A stretch of DNA of 29,152 bases from NCBI GenBank assembly GCA_963765895.1, contig CAVXZB010000011.1:1-29152 (forward strand). The letters run 5' to 3'. Below the pieces are notes generated by a model. The model did no database searches. It was not told the origin of the DNA and saw only the letters and a program-made list of their open reading frames with translations. Each line of letters begins with the position of its first letter. The first letter of the stretch is position 1. The DNA comes from an uncultured Nitrososphaeraceae archaeon. GTDB taxonomy: Archaea > Thermoproteota > Nitrososphaeria > Nitrososphaerales > Nitrososphaeraceae. Positions 1 to 9,977 of the stretch are shown in pieces. A program made the position numbers and the translations under genes.

Positions 1-320
1 TGTTTCTTCAAAAGGTACGTCCTGCTGAATTCCTGCATTGTTTACTAAAACATCTATTCGATCATATTTTTTAATAGTTTCTTCGATAAGCCTTATACAA
101 TCGCTTTCTTTTGAAACATCTGCCTGAATCGCAATTGAATTACAATCCAAAAGATTTATCTCATCAGATATACGCTGTGCTCGTTCTATTTTTCTAGAAT
201 TTGTAACTATGCCCGAATATTCTTTTGATTTTGCAAATTCAATTGCTATAGCTCTTCCAATTCCTTCACTGGAACCAGTTATAATTGCAACCTTTTTTTA
301 TTATTTTGAGCACTCAGCAT
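1..320 (-). CDS. Short-chain dehydrogenase/reductase (SDR) family oxidoreductase, N-terminal ~100 codons. The rest of the gene lies beyond the window start, and the start codon is 1 nt out of frame.
   Basis: Minus-strand translation from 297 down to 1 reads KKVAIITGSSEGIGRAIAIEFAK...IDVLVNNAGIQQDVPFEET. This carries the TGxxxGIG dinucleotide-binding motif and the NNAG motif of classical SDRs. The only ATG (318-320, MLSAQNNKK) is out of frame by one base. The junction is the T7 run 293-299; one extra T would give MLSAQNNKKKVAIITG. Confidence 0.8.
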
Positions 321-831
321 TCCTAGTACGGTATGTAGACGTCATCTATAAAAAAGCATAAGGGGTATTCACATTATCAGATATTTTGATAATAATATAT
401 CTTTTTGATGTTCATACAGCCACAATATTATCAGGTTATTATATTTTGAGAAAAACTTAATTAACCAAGATCTTAATGACACATCAAATTAATTAGAATT
501 TAATTATAATAAGCTTGAAATAGACTACCGTATGATTATTAGATGATTTACTTTTGCGTCATCATAATTCGATTCTACTGGTTCTATTCGTATATCTAAG
601 ACATTTCTCGAGAATTAATATTCTTTTTGTTATCCCACATAATATGGTAATCGCTTTATTGATGAACGGAAATCAAAGCGTCTTAATAATCTACTTTTCA
701 ACTATTTATTCAAGTTATAGTTTGATACCAAATACTTAGATTAATTCGAACTAATATGAAGAATAAAATTATGTACTTATAATATAAGATATGTCATATA
801 ATAATGATATAGAAATAAAACATTAAACAGA

Positions 832-1701
832 GTGATGTTAACGTTAGATATTTTAACTTGTTATTTTCTATTATCTATGAAAGCAGTTACAAAAATAACC
901 ATGATTAAAAGGCTAATGGTTGGACATAATACAAGACTAAGGCTCAAAAATTGGGATCCTGATTGCATAGTAGAACATGATCAAGAACATGCGCAGAATG
1001 TATTAACTGATTTAATGAATCAGATGTCTGATTTGCAATACAAACTTTATGCGGACAAAGGTAAAGCTCTATTAATAGTTCTTCAAGGGATTGATACTTC
1101 TGGCAAAGACAGTACAATAATACATGTCATGGGTGCGTTTAATCCCCAAAGTTGCAGAGCTCTTTCCTTCAAGACACCAGATAATGAAGAGTCATCACAT
1201 GACTATTTATGGCGTGCACATAAAAATATTCCCGCTAAGGGCGAAATAGCAATATTTAATCGTTCCTATTATGAAGATGTAATAGAAGTATCAGTTCATA
1301 AAATGATATCAAAGAGTACCTGTCACAAAAGATATAAACAAATAAATGATTTTGAGAGATATCTAGTTGAAAATGACATTCAGATCGTTAAGTTATTCTT
1401 GCATATAAGTAAAGATGAGCAAAAGAAGAGACTTCAGAAACGACTCAATGATCCAACAAAACAGTGGAAATTCTCGGATAATGATATACTTGAACGCAGA
1501 CATTGGGATCGGTATATACAGGCACACGAAAATGTGCTAAGTAAATGCAGTACGAAATGTGCACCTTGGTATATTATTCCAGCAAATTCGAAATGGTTCC
1601 GAAATTTCGCTGTAGCAAATATTATTGTCAGTATACTTCAGAGTATGAATCTAAGATTTCCTAAGCCGAAAACGAATTTATCAAATATAATAATCGATTG
1701 A
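832..1701 (+). CDS. ppk2: Polyphosphate kinase 2 (PPK2) family protein
   Basis: The ORF track protein has PPK2 hallmarks: ALLIVLQGIDTSGKDSTI (P-loop), SHDYLWRAH, IAIFNRSYYEDV, LFLHISKDEQKKRL, APWYIIPANSKW. The GTG-started first ~15-23 residues are hydrophobic read-through-like sequence. ATG at 877 or 901 is the more likely start. Confidence 0.85.
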   Translation: MMLTLDILTCYFLLSMKAVTKITMIKRLMVGHNTRLRLKNWDPDCIVEHDQEHAQNVLTDLMNQMSDLQYKLYADKGKALLIVLQGIDTSGKDSTIIHVMGAFNPQSCRALSFKTPDNEESSHDYLWRAHKNIPAKGEIAIFNRSYYEDVIEVSVHKMISKSTCHKRYKQINDFERYLVENDIQIVKLFLHISKDEQKKRLQKRLNDPTKQWKFSDNDILERRHWDRYIQAHENVLSKCSTKCAPWYIIPANSKWFRNFAVANIIVSILQSMNLRFPKPKTNLSNIIID

Positions 1702-1914
1702 ATATTCAAAAAAATACCATAATTGAATCCCTATAATATCTTATTGTCCCAATTCGAGCAAATAAAGTAAGTCTCTAACCATTGTACTCAAGATAATATA
1801 AAAAAATTGTTTGCTAATTGTGTATTTTTAGATTTGACAAATGAATTACATAATTTATTTACGACTGAGAATCAGAGAAAACATCAACAATGATACCTGT
1901 TTGGATATACCAAC

Positions 1915-3063
1915 TTACCTGCTACGTGAAGTATTGAGCTTTTGCTCGATACTATCCAACATACCTTGTGTAAAATCATTTATGCTATCAACTAATCCAT
2001 CATTGAATTTGCTGTTGGCCTGTGCTAGAATAAAAGGAGTATCTGAGTTATGGCTACCTCTTACTTTGAAAATAGTGGTATATAGTTCGCGTGGATATCC
2101 ACTTGCAGATGCATCTACCTTTACTTTATAATCATCATTTAATCTACCTGTCTTTGGTATCTCCCAAGAATACGAAAACTCTCCCTTAGTATCAGTAGTT
2201 CCTGCAAATTCCTTCTTGATTGAGTCAAAAGAATCAGTGATCTGACCTATGACCTTAGCGCCGACTATTCTTACATTTGTATTAGAATCATATAATGCTA
2301 CAGTAATAGTTTGTACATGTCCACGTATAACTGGATCCCTATCAATATTAAAGGAAAGAGAGAATGACTTTGAATTTGGACTACGGTCTTCGGTTTTTAA
2401 TTCCTGAACGGATGGTTTGGATTCATTTGATCCGGTTATGTCAGTCATTGATGATTGTGTTGTTCTATTTCCTGCAGCTGTCGATTCTAATTTCAGGGAG
2501 GGCTGGCTAACAGAAAGAGAATTATTTGATGTGCCAATCACATTGACACTGTTAAATTTTGTAAGATCTGTTCCAGGTTCATCTGGACAAGATATTTTAG
2601 AAGTTATTTTGTTCATCCCTTTATTAATAATACCATATTGGGGTGTAAATGAGTACTTCCATTTTGAAAAATCGCCAGTTTTACTTTGTCCAATAGGGAT
2701 CACATTTTGATATGGTTTAATCCCATTTAGCATTACCGAAACATCGCATTGGATGGTAGGGCTATCCGATGAAGTACCGTAAATCTCAAGTTTTCCCTCT
2801 GAAACCTGTTGTCCCTTACTGAGAGAAGTAATCTTTACGCTAGGCAGTTTTGCTTTAACTAGGATGTGGGAGGGTGTTAAACCTTGATCTTGTGTGTTCA
2901 GAACACCACGATTTGTTATTGCATTCGAACTTGATGTTTGCGCATATATGGACTCTAAGACAGGGTTAAATTGATAGCTATGTAACGCTATATTAATGCA
3001 AAATATTGTAATTATCGAAGTAGTTAGTATATATTTAAAATAGTCATAAATCATATTTTTCAT
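1915..3063 (-). CDS. Secreted or membrane-anchored hypothetical protein with beta-rich (Ig-like / carboxypeptidase-regulatory-like) modules
   Basis: The internal ATG at 3061-3063 gives MKNMIYDYFKYILTTSIITIFCINIAL, an N-terminal signal anchor. The rest is Ser/Thr/Asn-rich with two beta-strand-patterned modules (LEIYGTSSDS...KITSKISC and VQTITVALYDSNTNVRIVGAKV...YKVKVDASASGY). No catalytic motif was recognised. The upstream 35 codons of the track ORF look spurious. Confidence 0.6.
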   Translation of the reverse strand: MKNMIYDYFKYILTTSIITIFCINIALHSYQFNPVLESIYAQTSSSNAITNRGVLNTQDQGLTPSHILVKAKLPSVKITSLSKGQQVSEGKLEIYGTSSDSPTIQCDVSVMLNGIKPYQNVIPIGQSKTGDFSKWKYSFTPQYGIINKGMNKITSKISCPDEPGTDLTKFNSVNVIGTSNNSLSVSQPSLKLESTAAGNRTTQSSMTDITGSNESKPSVQELKTEDRSPNSKSFSLSFNIDRDPVIRGHVQTITVALYDSNTNVRIVGAKVIGQITDSFDSIKKEFAGTTDTKGEFSYSWEIPKTGRLNDDYKVKVDASASGYPRELYTTIFKVRGSHNSDTPFILAQANSKFNDGLVDSINDFTQGMLDSIEQKLNTSRSR

Positions 3064-3454
3064 ATTGTTGTCAATACAATGTTTAAAATTAAGAAGAACA
3101 GAGAAATATTTGTTTCTTTTTGCTCTGCATTTAAGATATAAAATGGCATAGTTGGCAATCTCTGTCATTAATATACTAATTGACTTGCAATTGTTGTAGG
3201 AAGTTATTGTGTGAATTTAACATTTACAATTTACAATTTATCTTAATTTACTGGCTATTATAACTGGATCTTCATTCATCAATACATAATTCAATCAGCA
3301 CCTTTTTAATTCATGAGATCCTGAATAGCATTGTTTGTACGATTCTTCAAAATATCAATTCCAATTCTTAATTGGAGAATTGTAGGCATCCAGAGAAATT
3401 TTTCTAGACGTTCTATTTAATAATGAAATAATTACTAGTGATATAAGAAGAAAG

Positions 3455-4700
3455 ATGTGGGCTAGGGAATATAGACCAAAGAGAGTAGAAGACATGATAG
3501 GTAATGAGAATGCAAGGTTAACTGTAGTAAAATGGCTTACACATTGGATTAACGGAAGCAAGCCTTTGCTACTGATTGGTCCTCCTGGAACTGGAAAAAC
3601 TTCACTAGTCCATGCATTAGCTCAGCAATTCAACTATGATTTGATAGAAATGAATGCAAGCGATACAAGAGCGAGGGAGGATTTAGAGAAAAGAATTATC
3701 CCTATACTTAACAACACTAGCATATTCAGAAAACCCATATTACTTTTTTTAGATGAGATTGATGGGATATCAAGTAGACACGACACAGGGGGATTAGAAT
3801 ACCTAACAAAAATACTGAAAGAGCCAACTATACCTGTAATCATTGCAGCTAATTCTAAGAATGCCAAGATCAGAGAGCTAGCTAAAGTATGCAGATCAAT
3901 AGAATACAAGGCTATTCCCCCTAGACTGCTTTTGTTGTTTTTGGAATATGTTTTAAGAATTGAAAATAAGAAATTGAGTTTAGAAGAAAAAATTTCAATT
4001 GCATCAGATTGTCATGGGGACATTAGATCATTATTAAATATCGCACAATCAAGGCTTTCTGGATATAATGCCACCATGGGAGACACTACTGAGATTGATA
4101 TCGGAAATACAATTAACGGCTATTTTTCCTCGGGTTCAGCTGAAAATGGTAAATCGTTCTTATCACGTACTAATGGCACGTATGCTGATCCTAGATTCGG
4201 TATGTCAACAGAGGAAAGAAGAAAGGATTTAATATATGCATTTTTTTCAAGCATAGTTTCGTCGTCTAGACAAGTTGATAAGAAGAGCATGGCTGTCCTA
4301 CTCGATGTACTTTCTCAGGCTGATATGATAGTTGGTAGGGCTGGACGACATAGACAATGGAGTCTACTTAAGTATCTTAACGATATGATATCTTACGGCT
4401 TATACGAATATTCACACAATAAGGGGATAAAGTATAGTCAATATGGTATGATATGGCCTGTAATGGGACCTATTCTCGCGAGAAGTCAATCTATGAAAAT
4501 CGTACTTTCTAGTTTCAGCTCAAAAGGCCCATTTGTCAAGGAGTACATTTGGTGCAGATTATCTACCTTATCTAATTAAGATAATGATTGATAATAAAGT
4601 AGATCCTATTGAATTTGCATCGATCTCAAATATTGATGAAAAAGTGGGGGAAGTATTGGCAAAAGAGATGGGACGGATTCCTATCAAGAAGAATATGTAG
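3455..4700 (+). CDS. rfcL: Replication factor C (clamp loader) large subunit, with the C-terminal ~60 codons shifted into the +1 frame
   Basis: The protein starts MWAREYRPKRVEDMIGNE (RFC box II-like). It has Walker A LLLIGPPGTGKTS, Walker B LLFLDEIDG, and the sensor region IIAANS. The track ORF stops at 4579. Frame +1 is open 4497-4700 and reads ...AQKAHLSRSTFGADYLPYLIKIMIDNKVDPIEFASISNIDEKVGEVLAKEMG, which looks like the usual RFC-L C-terminal helical region. That implies a 1-nt indel near 4497-4530. Confidence 0.85.
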
Positions 4701-5550
4701 CTAGGATAGTACGTTCGTATAATATGGAACAGATCCTTGAGCGCCATTCGCACTGAAATATTTATTTATACTTAAGATTCATGATTGTATTAAAAAGAAA
4801 GAAATACAATTAGACCATTCCAAAATATTTATGATAATCAACTAATGCTTCTCCAACCTGACAAGATAACATTATGACACGACAATACATGACATGTTTT
4901 ATAACTCACACTGTAATAGAAATTCAGTATTCCATACTATACAGATACAATGATCAGCTACTCAGAAGATGTGGATAAAGATACGCATGTTTGGATTTAT
5001 CGTTATTTAAATACAATTATCATTATAAACGATTATTGAGAAATAGAAAGAGGATTCTATTGAACGTGATATAAATTATCGAACAAATACTACAAAAAGA
5101 AAGAGAGAATTGTAGAAAGCAAATTATTCTATTGCTATATAATAATAAATTCGAGCTTCGATAAAATATGAGGTGAAAATTTAAAAACTATCATATTAAT
5201 GAGATGTCTGTGCTATTATGGAATGTTAATTGAATGGATAACCAATAATCCTCGCAAACGCATTGATACAAATTGGCAATTGTCGAAAATCAATGTTCTA
5301 GTCAAATGATGTCAATAATACTTAGATTTTGAAATTTAATTACAAGAGATTTACCAATGCCAGAATACCTCTTAAGACTAAATTCCTATTATTACAATTT
5401 ATCATATCAACACGATAAGAAATAGGGAATTTATTAAACAAGGCTAAAATCATGTAATTAAAGAATATTATTATACATAATGAATATCAAGCACTATTTT
5501 ATCTAAAATAGAACAATATAAGGTTGACTTCCAATAGTAATGTCCTTACC

Positions 5551-5558
5551 CTTATATG
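5551..5558 (+). promoter_or_regulatory. Candidate archaeal TATA box for the histidine kinase gene (leaderless or short-leader transcript)
   Basis: TTATAT at 5552-5557 lies about 27-32 nt upstream of the TTG start at 5584. That spacing fits an archaeal TATA-to-TSS distance. The surroundings are AT-rich, so specificity is low. Confidence 0.3.
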
Positions 5559-5583
5559 ATGAATTCTCTCTTAATAGTTCTAC

Positions 5584-7818
5584 TTGACTGCTACGCCTAC
5601 TGCGTCATATCCTCCAACCAAAGATAAGAGTTCAGAAATATTGTATGGCATAGAAAAAGCCGTGGGCCGTGGAGTCTATTTCATGTCAAATGTGAGAGAA
5701 AGGATGGATATCTTTTTTGATAAGAATGCTCCCTCGATCGTAGTAGATATTTCAGAATATAAAGATGGTTATAAAGATATAAGAAAAAGAGGAGGAAAGA
5801 TAAGAGCGTTTACAGAAATTACACAGGATAATCTTCATTATTGTAAGCGATTAATAGAATTAGTTGATGAACTTAAGCATCTGGATGGGGTGAAAGGGGG
5901 TGTTGCAGTCAGTGAACACGAGTATATGGCTACTACCGTATTACAAGAAAGCTCTCCCCTAACACAGGTCATTTATAGTAATGTGAAGGAGGTAGTAGAA
6001 CAAGGTCGATATATTTTTGATACACTATGGAAGACAGCGATTCCAGCTGAGCAAAAAATTCGAGAACTAGAGGATGGTATCATTATACATAAAACAAGAA
6101 TTATAGACAATGCGGATGAAATTATTAGCGAACTCAGACGTTTCTCAGATGAATCAAAGGAGGTTTTATCTTGTATCTCTGCACCTGGAGGTCTGCAATA
6201 TATACAGGATTATTTTGTTGAAATTAACAAGAAATTGATAGCAAAACAAATGAAAGGAAAACATAAAGGAATTAGATATATTTGTAACATAGAAAACAAG
6301 CATAATGCGAATCTTGCTCGAAAGATTCTACAGGATGGAGTAAAGATAAGACACAGAAGTAATCTTCCACCACTGAGTTTTGGCATAACCGACAAAGAGC
6401 TAGCAGTAACATTCGAAAGAATAGAAAGAGGAAAACAAGTTCAGATATTGTTAATCAGTGATGAACCAATATATGTAAAATATTTCTCAAAGGTATTTGA
6501 AGATCTATGGGCAGATGGGATTGATGCTCAGAATAGACTTGAGGAGATCAGTCAAGGCACTGTAGTGCCTCCTGATATCGAAATAATAAGGAATCCTGGC
6601 AATGCACTCAAACGGATTACAGAAGAATGTAAAAATGCTGATTTTGAAATCTTTGGAATACTTCCGACACTTAATTCTTTTCGTCGCCAAATCCGATTGG
6701 GAAGTTTACAAATATTAGATAAGTTGGCCAGAAAGGGATTAAATATCAGAATATTAATTCCTGGAGATCAGGATATAGTAGATAATATTCTCGAACAAGA
6801 ATATGCGAAACTGATGATAGAAAATCCGTTCCAGAAGACAAGAACAGATCAAAGTAAGAGCAGGAGTAACTACATAAGTAATTTCGATCACAAATTTGAG
6901 ATTAAGTGTATCGATATAGGTTCACAAAGGAGTTTAGGTATTTTGATAATTGATCGAAAAGGGTCATTTATCATCGAGACTAAAGATGATACAAAGGATA
7001 ATTCCTACGACGCGGCCGGACTTGCAATTTATTCAAATAGCAAACACATGGCATTATCTTATGTTTCAATCCTTGAGTTCTTATGGAAACAGCTTGAAGT
7101 GGCAGAACAACTAAAATTACATGACAGAATGAAAAGTGAGTTTATCAATATGGCTGCACACGAGTTACGAACGCCTATTCAACCGATATTGGGCTTGGCC
7201 GATGTCTTGGGTAGTAAGAAAGGCAACATTGAACAGTATCAAGAATTCATATCTATTATTAGTAGAAACGCACGTCGATTAAAATCTCTTACTGAAGATA
7301 TTTTAGATGTATCAAAAATCGAATCTAAATCATTAGATCTAAGAAATAATGTGTTCGATTTGGTTGCCGCAATTAACGATTTATTAGATGATTATAGAAA
7401 TGATCGTGAAAGTCTTTCAAAGAGATATGAAATATTATTTGACTGTAAATTCAAGAATGCTTTAGTTATCGGAGACAGACAAAGAATTCTTCAAGTTATC
7501 CACAATTTATTAAATAATGCATTAAACTTTACAAAACATGGCTCTATTACGTTATCTCTGTTAGAAAAGACAAAAAATGCAAATGCAAAGGAATGGAACA
7601 TAGCTATAAAGGACGAAGGCGAAGGAATAGATTCAGAGATAATACCCAGATTATTTACCAAATTTGCGACGAAATCAGAACACGGGATAGGGTTAGGTTT
7701 GTATATTTCAAAAAGTATTATTGAAGCTCATGGTGGTAGAATATGGGCTAAAAATAATATCGATGGTAAAGGCGCTACATTTATTTTTAGCTTACCACAG
7801 ATGCAGCCCAGACTTTAA
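5584..7818 (+). CDS. Cytoplasmic sensor histidine kinase with three tandem N-terminal sensor-like modules
   Basis: The HisKA H-box is MAAHELRTPIQPILG. HATPase_c motifs are the N-box HNLLNNALNFT, G1 DEGEGID, and G2 GIGLGLYISKSIIEAHGGRIW. There is no hydrophobic TM segment. Residues 1-500 form three ~160-200 aa modules, each closing with an F-x-x-L-W...A-[EQ]-Q motif (YIFDTLWKTAIPAEQ, KVFEDLWADGIDAQN, ILEFLWKQLEVAEQ). TTG start. Confidence 0.9.
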   Translation: MTATPTASYPPTKDKSSEILYGIEKAVGRGVYFMSNVRERMDIFFDKNAPSIVVDISEYKDGYKDIRKRGGKIRAFTEITQDNLHYCKRLIELVDELKHLDGVKGGVAVSEHEYMATTVLQESSPLTQVIYSNVKEVVEQGRYIFDTLWKTAIPAEQKIRELEDGIIIHKTRIIDNADEIISELRRFSDESKEVLSCISAPGGLQYIQDYFVEINKKLIAKQMKGKHKGIRYICNIENKHNANLARKILQDGVKIRHRSNLPPLSFGITDKELAVTFERIERGKQVQILLISDEPIYVKYFSKVFEDLWADGIDAQNRLEEISQGTVVPPDIEIIRNPGNALKRITEECKNADFEIFGILPTLNSFRRQIRLGSLQILDKLARKGLNIRILIPGDQDIVDNILEQEYAKLMIENPFQKTRTDQSKSRSNYISNFDHKFEIKCIDIGSQRSLGILIIDRKGSFIIETKDDTKDNSYDAAGLAIYSNSKHMALSYVSILEFLWKQLEVAEQLKLHDRMKSEFINMAAHELRTPIQPILGLADVLGSKKGNIEQYQEFISIISRNARRLKSLTEDILDVSKIESKSLDLRNNVFDLVAAINDLLDDYRNDRESLSKRYEILFDCKFKNALVIGDRQRILQVIHNLLNNALNFTKHGSITLSLLEKTKNANAKEWNIAIKDEGEGIDSEIIPRLFTKFATKSEHGIGLGLYISKSIIEAHGGRIWAKNNIDGKGATFIFSLPQMQPRL

Positions 7819-8825
7819 TTTGAGCTGATCTCATATCAATTAGGATTGTCTAGCACATTTAAATCGTAACTATTGATCAATTAGTTAATAAATCAATGAT
7901 TAGATTCAAGTTTGCAGATTAGTTAAAAACTAGATATGAAGTAAGGGAAGATTCGAGAAATTTTAGATATTAGAAAATAAAATAAATTAAATTAAATTAG
8001 GTTAATTAGATTAAGACATTGTTGGTCCCGCTGGTGCTCCTGGTTCACATGTATTTGGATTGACTTCTATTAACACTAAATCTGCAATCGGTGTAATAAA
8101 AGATCTATTTCAGAAGAATAACATTCCCACAATATGTAGGATTTTCCAATTGGTGTTGACTAAGCTTGTGCTTCGTATTTGCATATCCTTAGAAAATTCA
8201 ATGGATTGAAATCTAAAGCATCCTTCTGTTCAGGAGAAATTATATGGCCAGCGGACGAGGCACTACTGGATCCTTGTTGAACCTCTAATGAAGTGAATTG
8301 ATGAAAGTCTCTCATTTACTTTACTTATTCCTACTGTGATTATAAACGAGCAAGCATTAAATATTTCTGAAATATTCAGAAAGCTAATTCTATTAATGAG
8401 TCTATTACTGTTATTTCCAATTCTACTATCAAAAGGTACAAGCGAGTTGTCTTGTGATGACTGTAATTACAGTTTGTTCTGTGCATATGCAATAGAGGAA
8501 TAAGGAAAGATGATGGTAATTCGAGCAAACGACAGACAGCGAAATTACTAACTCCATAGGCGTAGAAGCTGCTGAAGATAATTACGAAACAAATATCTTA
8601 ATTAGATGCGGTACAACTGGTCATAACAAATAGATTATCAAATTTACTATAATTAGTGTTAGGCTTTAAAGAAAAATATATCGTCTTGATACCATACAAT
8701 AAGTTTTTTCAAATATAATCAAAGGAAATATGACAAAACATCAAAATGAAAAATAATTTAGTTCGAAAATTGAATACAAAAAAGAAGAGGGATTAAATTT
8801 TATATTCATCTGCATTAGCTTTTCA

Positions 8826-8863
8826 TTCTATTCTATTCTATTCTATTCTATTCTATTCTATTC
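8826..8863. repeat. Pentanucleotide microsatellite (TTCTA)x7 plus a partial unit
   Basis: Direct reading gives TTCTA units at 8826, 8831, 8836, 8841, 8846, 8851 and 8856, then TTC. The repeat abuts and overlaps the stop codon (8862-8864) of the minus-strand amoC gene, so it sits in that gene's 3' flank. Confidence 0.95.
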
Positions 8864-9424
8864 AAGGTATTGTCCTGCTATACAATTTGCCTTCGAGTGC
8901 TAATTTGTACATCTCTGCCATGTGTGGGTTCTTTACCGGGATTTCCGCTCCTAACTCAATAAGTCTTGCATATGTCCTAATAAGATACGCTAACGATCCG
9001 ATCACTCCCACAAATACTCCCATGGTAAATATCCAATGCGGCGGTACTGCAGTGATTTCTTCAACAAACCAGAATTGCCATAGCTCGTTTAATGCGACAG
9101 CAAACATTGCAGCTACGAAACCAATAATTGCCACCTTTAGACCAGTGTTGATACTGTTGTTAGGACCTTTCATAATTGGGACTCGTCTACTGTATAGTCC
9201 TATCAAGCCCCATCCTAAAGGCAACACTATAAATACGCTGTATAGTAACCAATTTGTAGGAGTAAATGCGGAGTCACGAATCATCGACTGATTTAATGAG
9301 GTATCCATACTGTAGGTATTACAGCTACAATGGTCAATGATAACATTAGTATGATCAGGATATACAATTTCTTGAGTCTCTGCACCTCGACATCTCTTGG
9401 TATTAATGATTGAACTTGAACCAA
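8862..9424 (-). CDS. amoC: Ammonia monooxygenase subunit C, archaeal type. Orphan copy, with the N-terminal ~40 codons in a different frame from the rest.
   Basis: The main frame reads ...SMIRDSAFTPTNWLLYSVFIVLPLGWG...GPNNSINTGLK...NELWQFWFVEEI...PHWIFTMGVFVG...AEMYKLALEGKLYSRTIP. I recognise this as the archaeal AmoC pattern, with three TM helices. A second frame, starting at TTG 9424 and preceded by an AGGTGA Shine-Dalgarno at 9431-9436, reads MVQVQSLIPRDVEVQRLKKLYILIILMLSLTIVAVIPTVW and stops at 9293-9295. That is the expected AmoC N-terminus plus first TM helix. The two frames join with a 1-nt indel near 9296-9310. No amoA, amoB or amoX lies nearby. Confidence 0.8.
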
Positions 9425-9512
9425 TCTTTTTCACCTTTGTTTCCTTGTATTATTACTATCATTGAGCAAAGTTATAAGCACTGATTAACACTGTAAATTG
9501 ACATTGTTATTT

Positions 9513-9544
9513 ATAGGATTAGATTACAGCTATTCTAATCCTAT
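9513..9544. repeat. Perfect 11-bp inverted repeat with a 10-nt spacer, upstream of amoC
   Basis: ATAGGATTAGA (9513-9523), TTACAGCTAT, then TCTAATCCTAT (9534-9544). The arms are exact reverse complements. The repeat lies ~90-120 nt upstream of the amoC start on the minus strand. Confidence 0.9.
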
Positions 9545-9977
9545 GTCAAGAGGTTCACATTATCTGAAACAGACTAGATTTGAGTCCGCTACATATTCCT
9601 GTCAATTAATAATCTCTTCTGTGATCCTTGTATTGTAGGGATTATTACATCTGGATCTTAAAACTAATTAAAGGATCCAGTATATTCTTAAGGATAGTGG
9701 TCACAAAGTATCGCAAGTCTACAATATTCCTTTAACTTATTTACCTTCTTAATTGTCATGATCAGGGTAAAAGAAGGATCTCATTTACATAATTATACCG
9801 TTAAAGGATTACATCTATTCATTCTTAATATTGAATGTTAATATAGATCAGATTAATAAACCGGTTTAGCAAGTTTCTTCCCTTTTAATACAAACTTTAA
9901 CAAAATAGTCATTAATTTAAGGCAAATTGATTTGAATATTCCAAGATTTAATTTGTCAGAAGTTCGTCATCAAATAT

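Noticed and set aside
554-739. 61-aa TTG-started ORF in the SDR-PPK2 spacer
   Set aside because: Its composition is extremely Ile/Leu/Phe/Asn-rich, consistent with random AT-rich sequence. No motifs or start context were seen.
8011-8325. Small minus-strand ORFs: a 51-aa MRDFHQFTSLEVQQGSSS...CKYEAQA, and a fragment ...ITPIADLVLIEVNPNTCEPGAPAGPTMS
   Set aside because: They are short, sit in different frames, and show no recognisable family. They may be relics but are not supportable as genes.
8887-9291. 134-aa plus-strand ORF
   Set aside because: It lies entirely antisense to the amoC coding region. It is a shadow ORF of a membrane-protein gene with no recognisable motifs.
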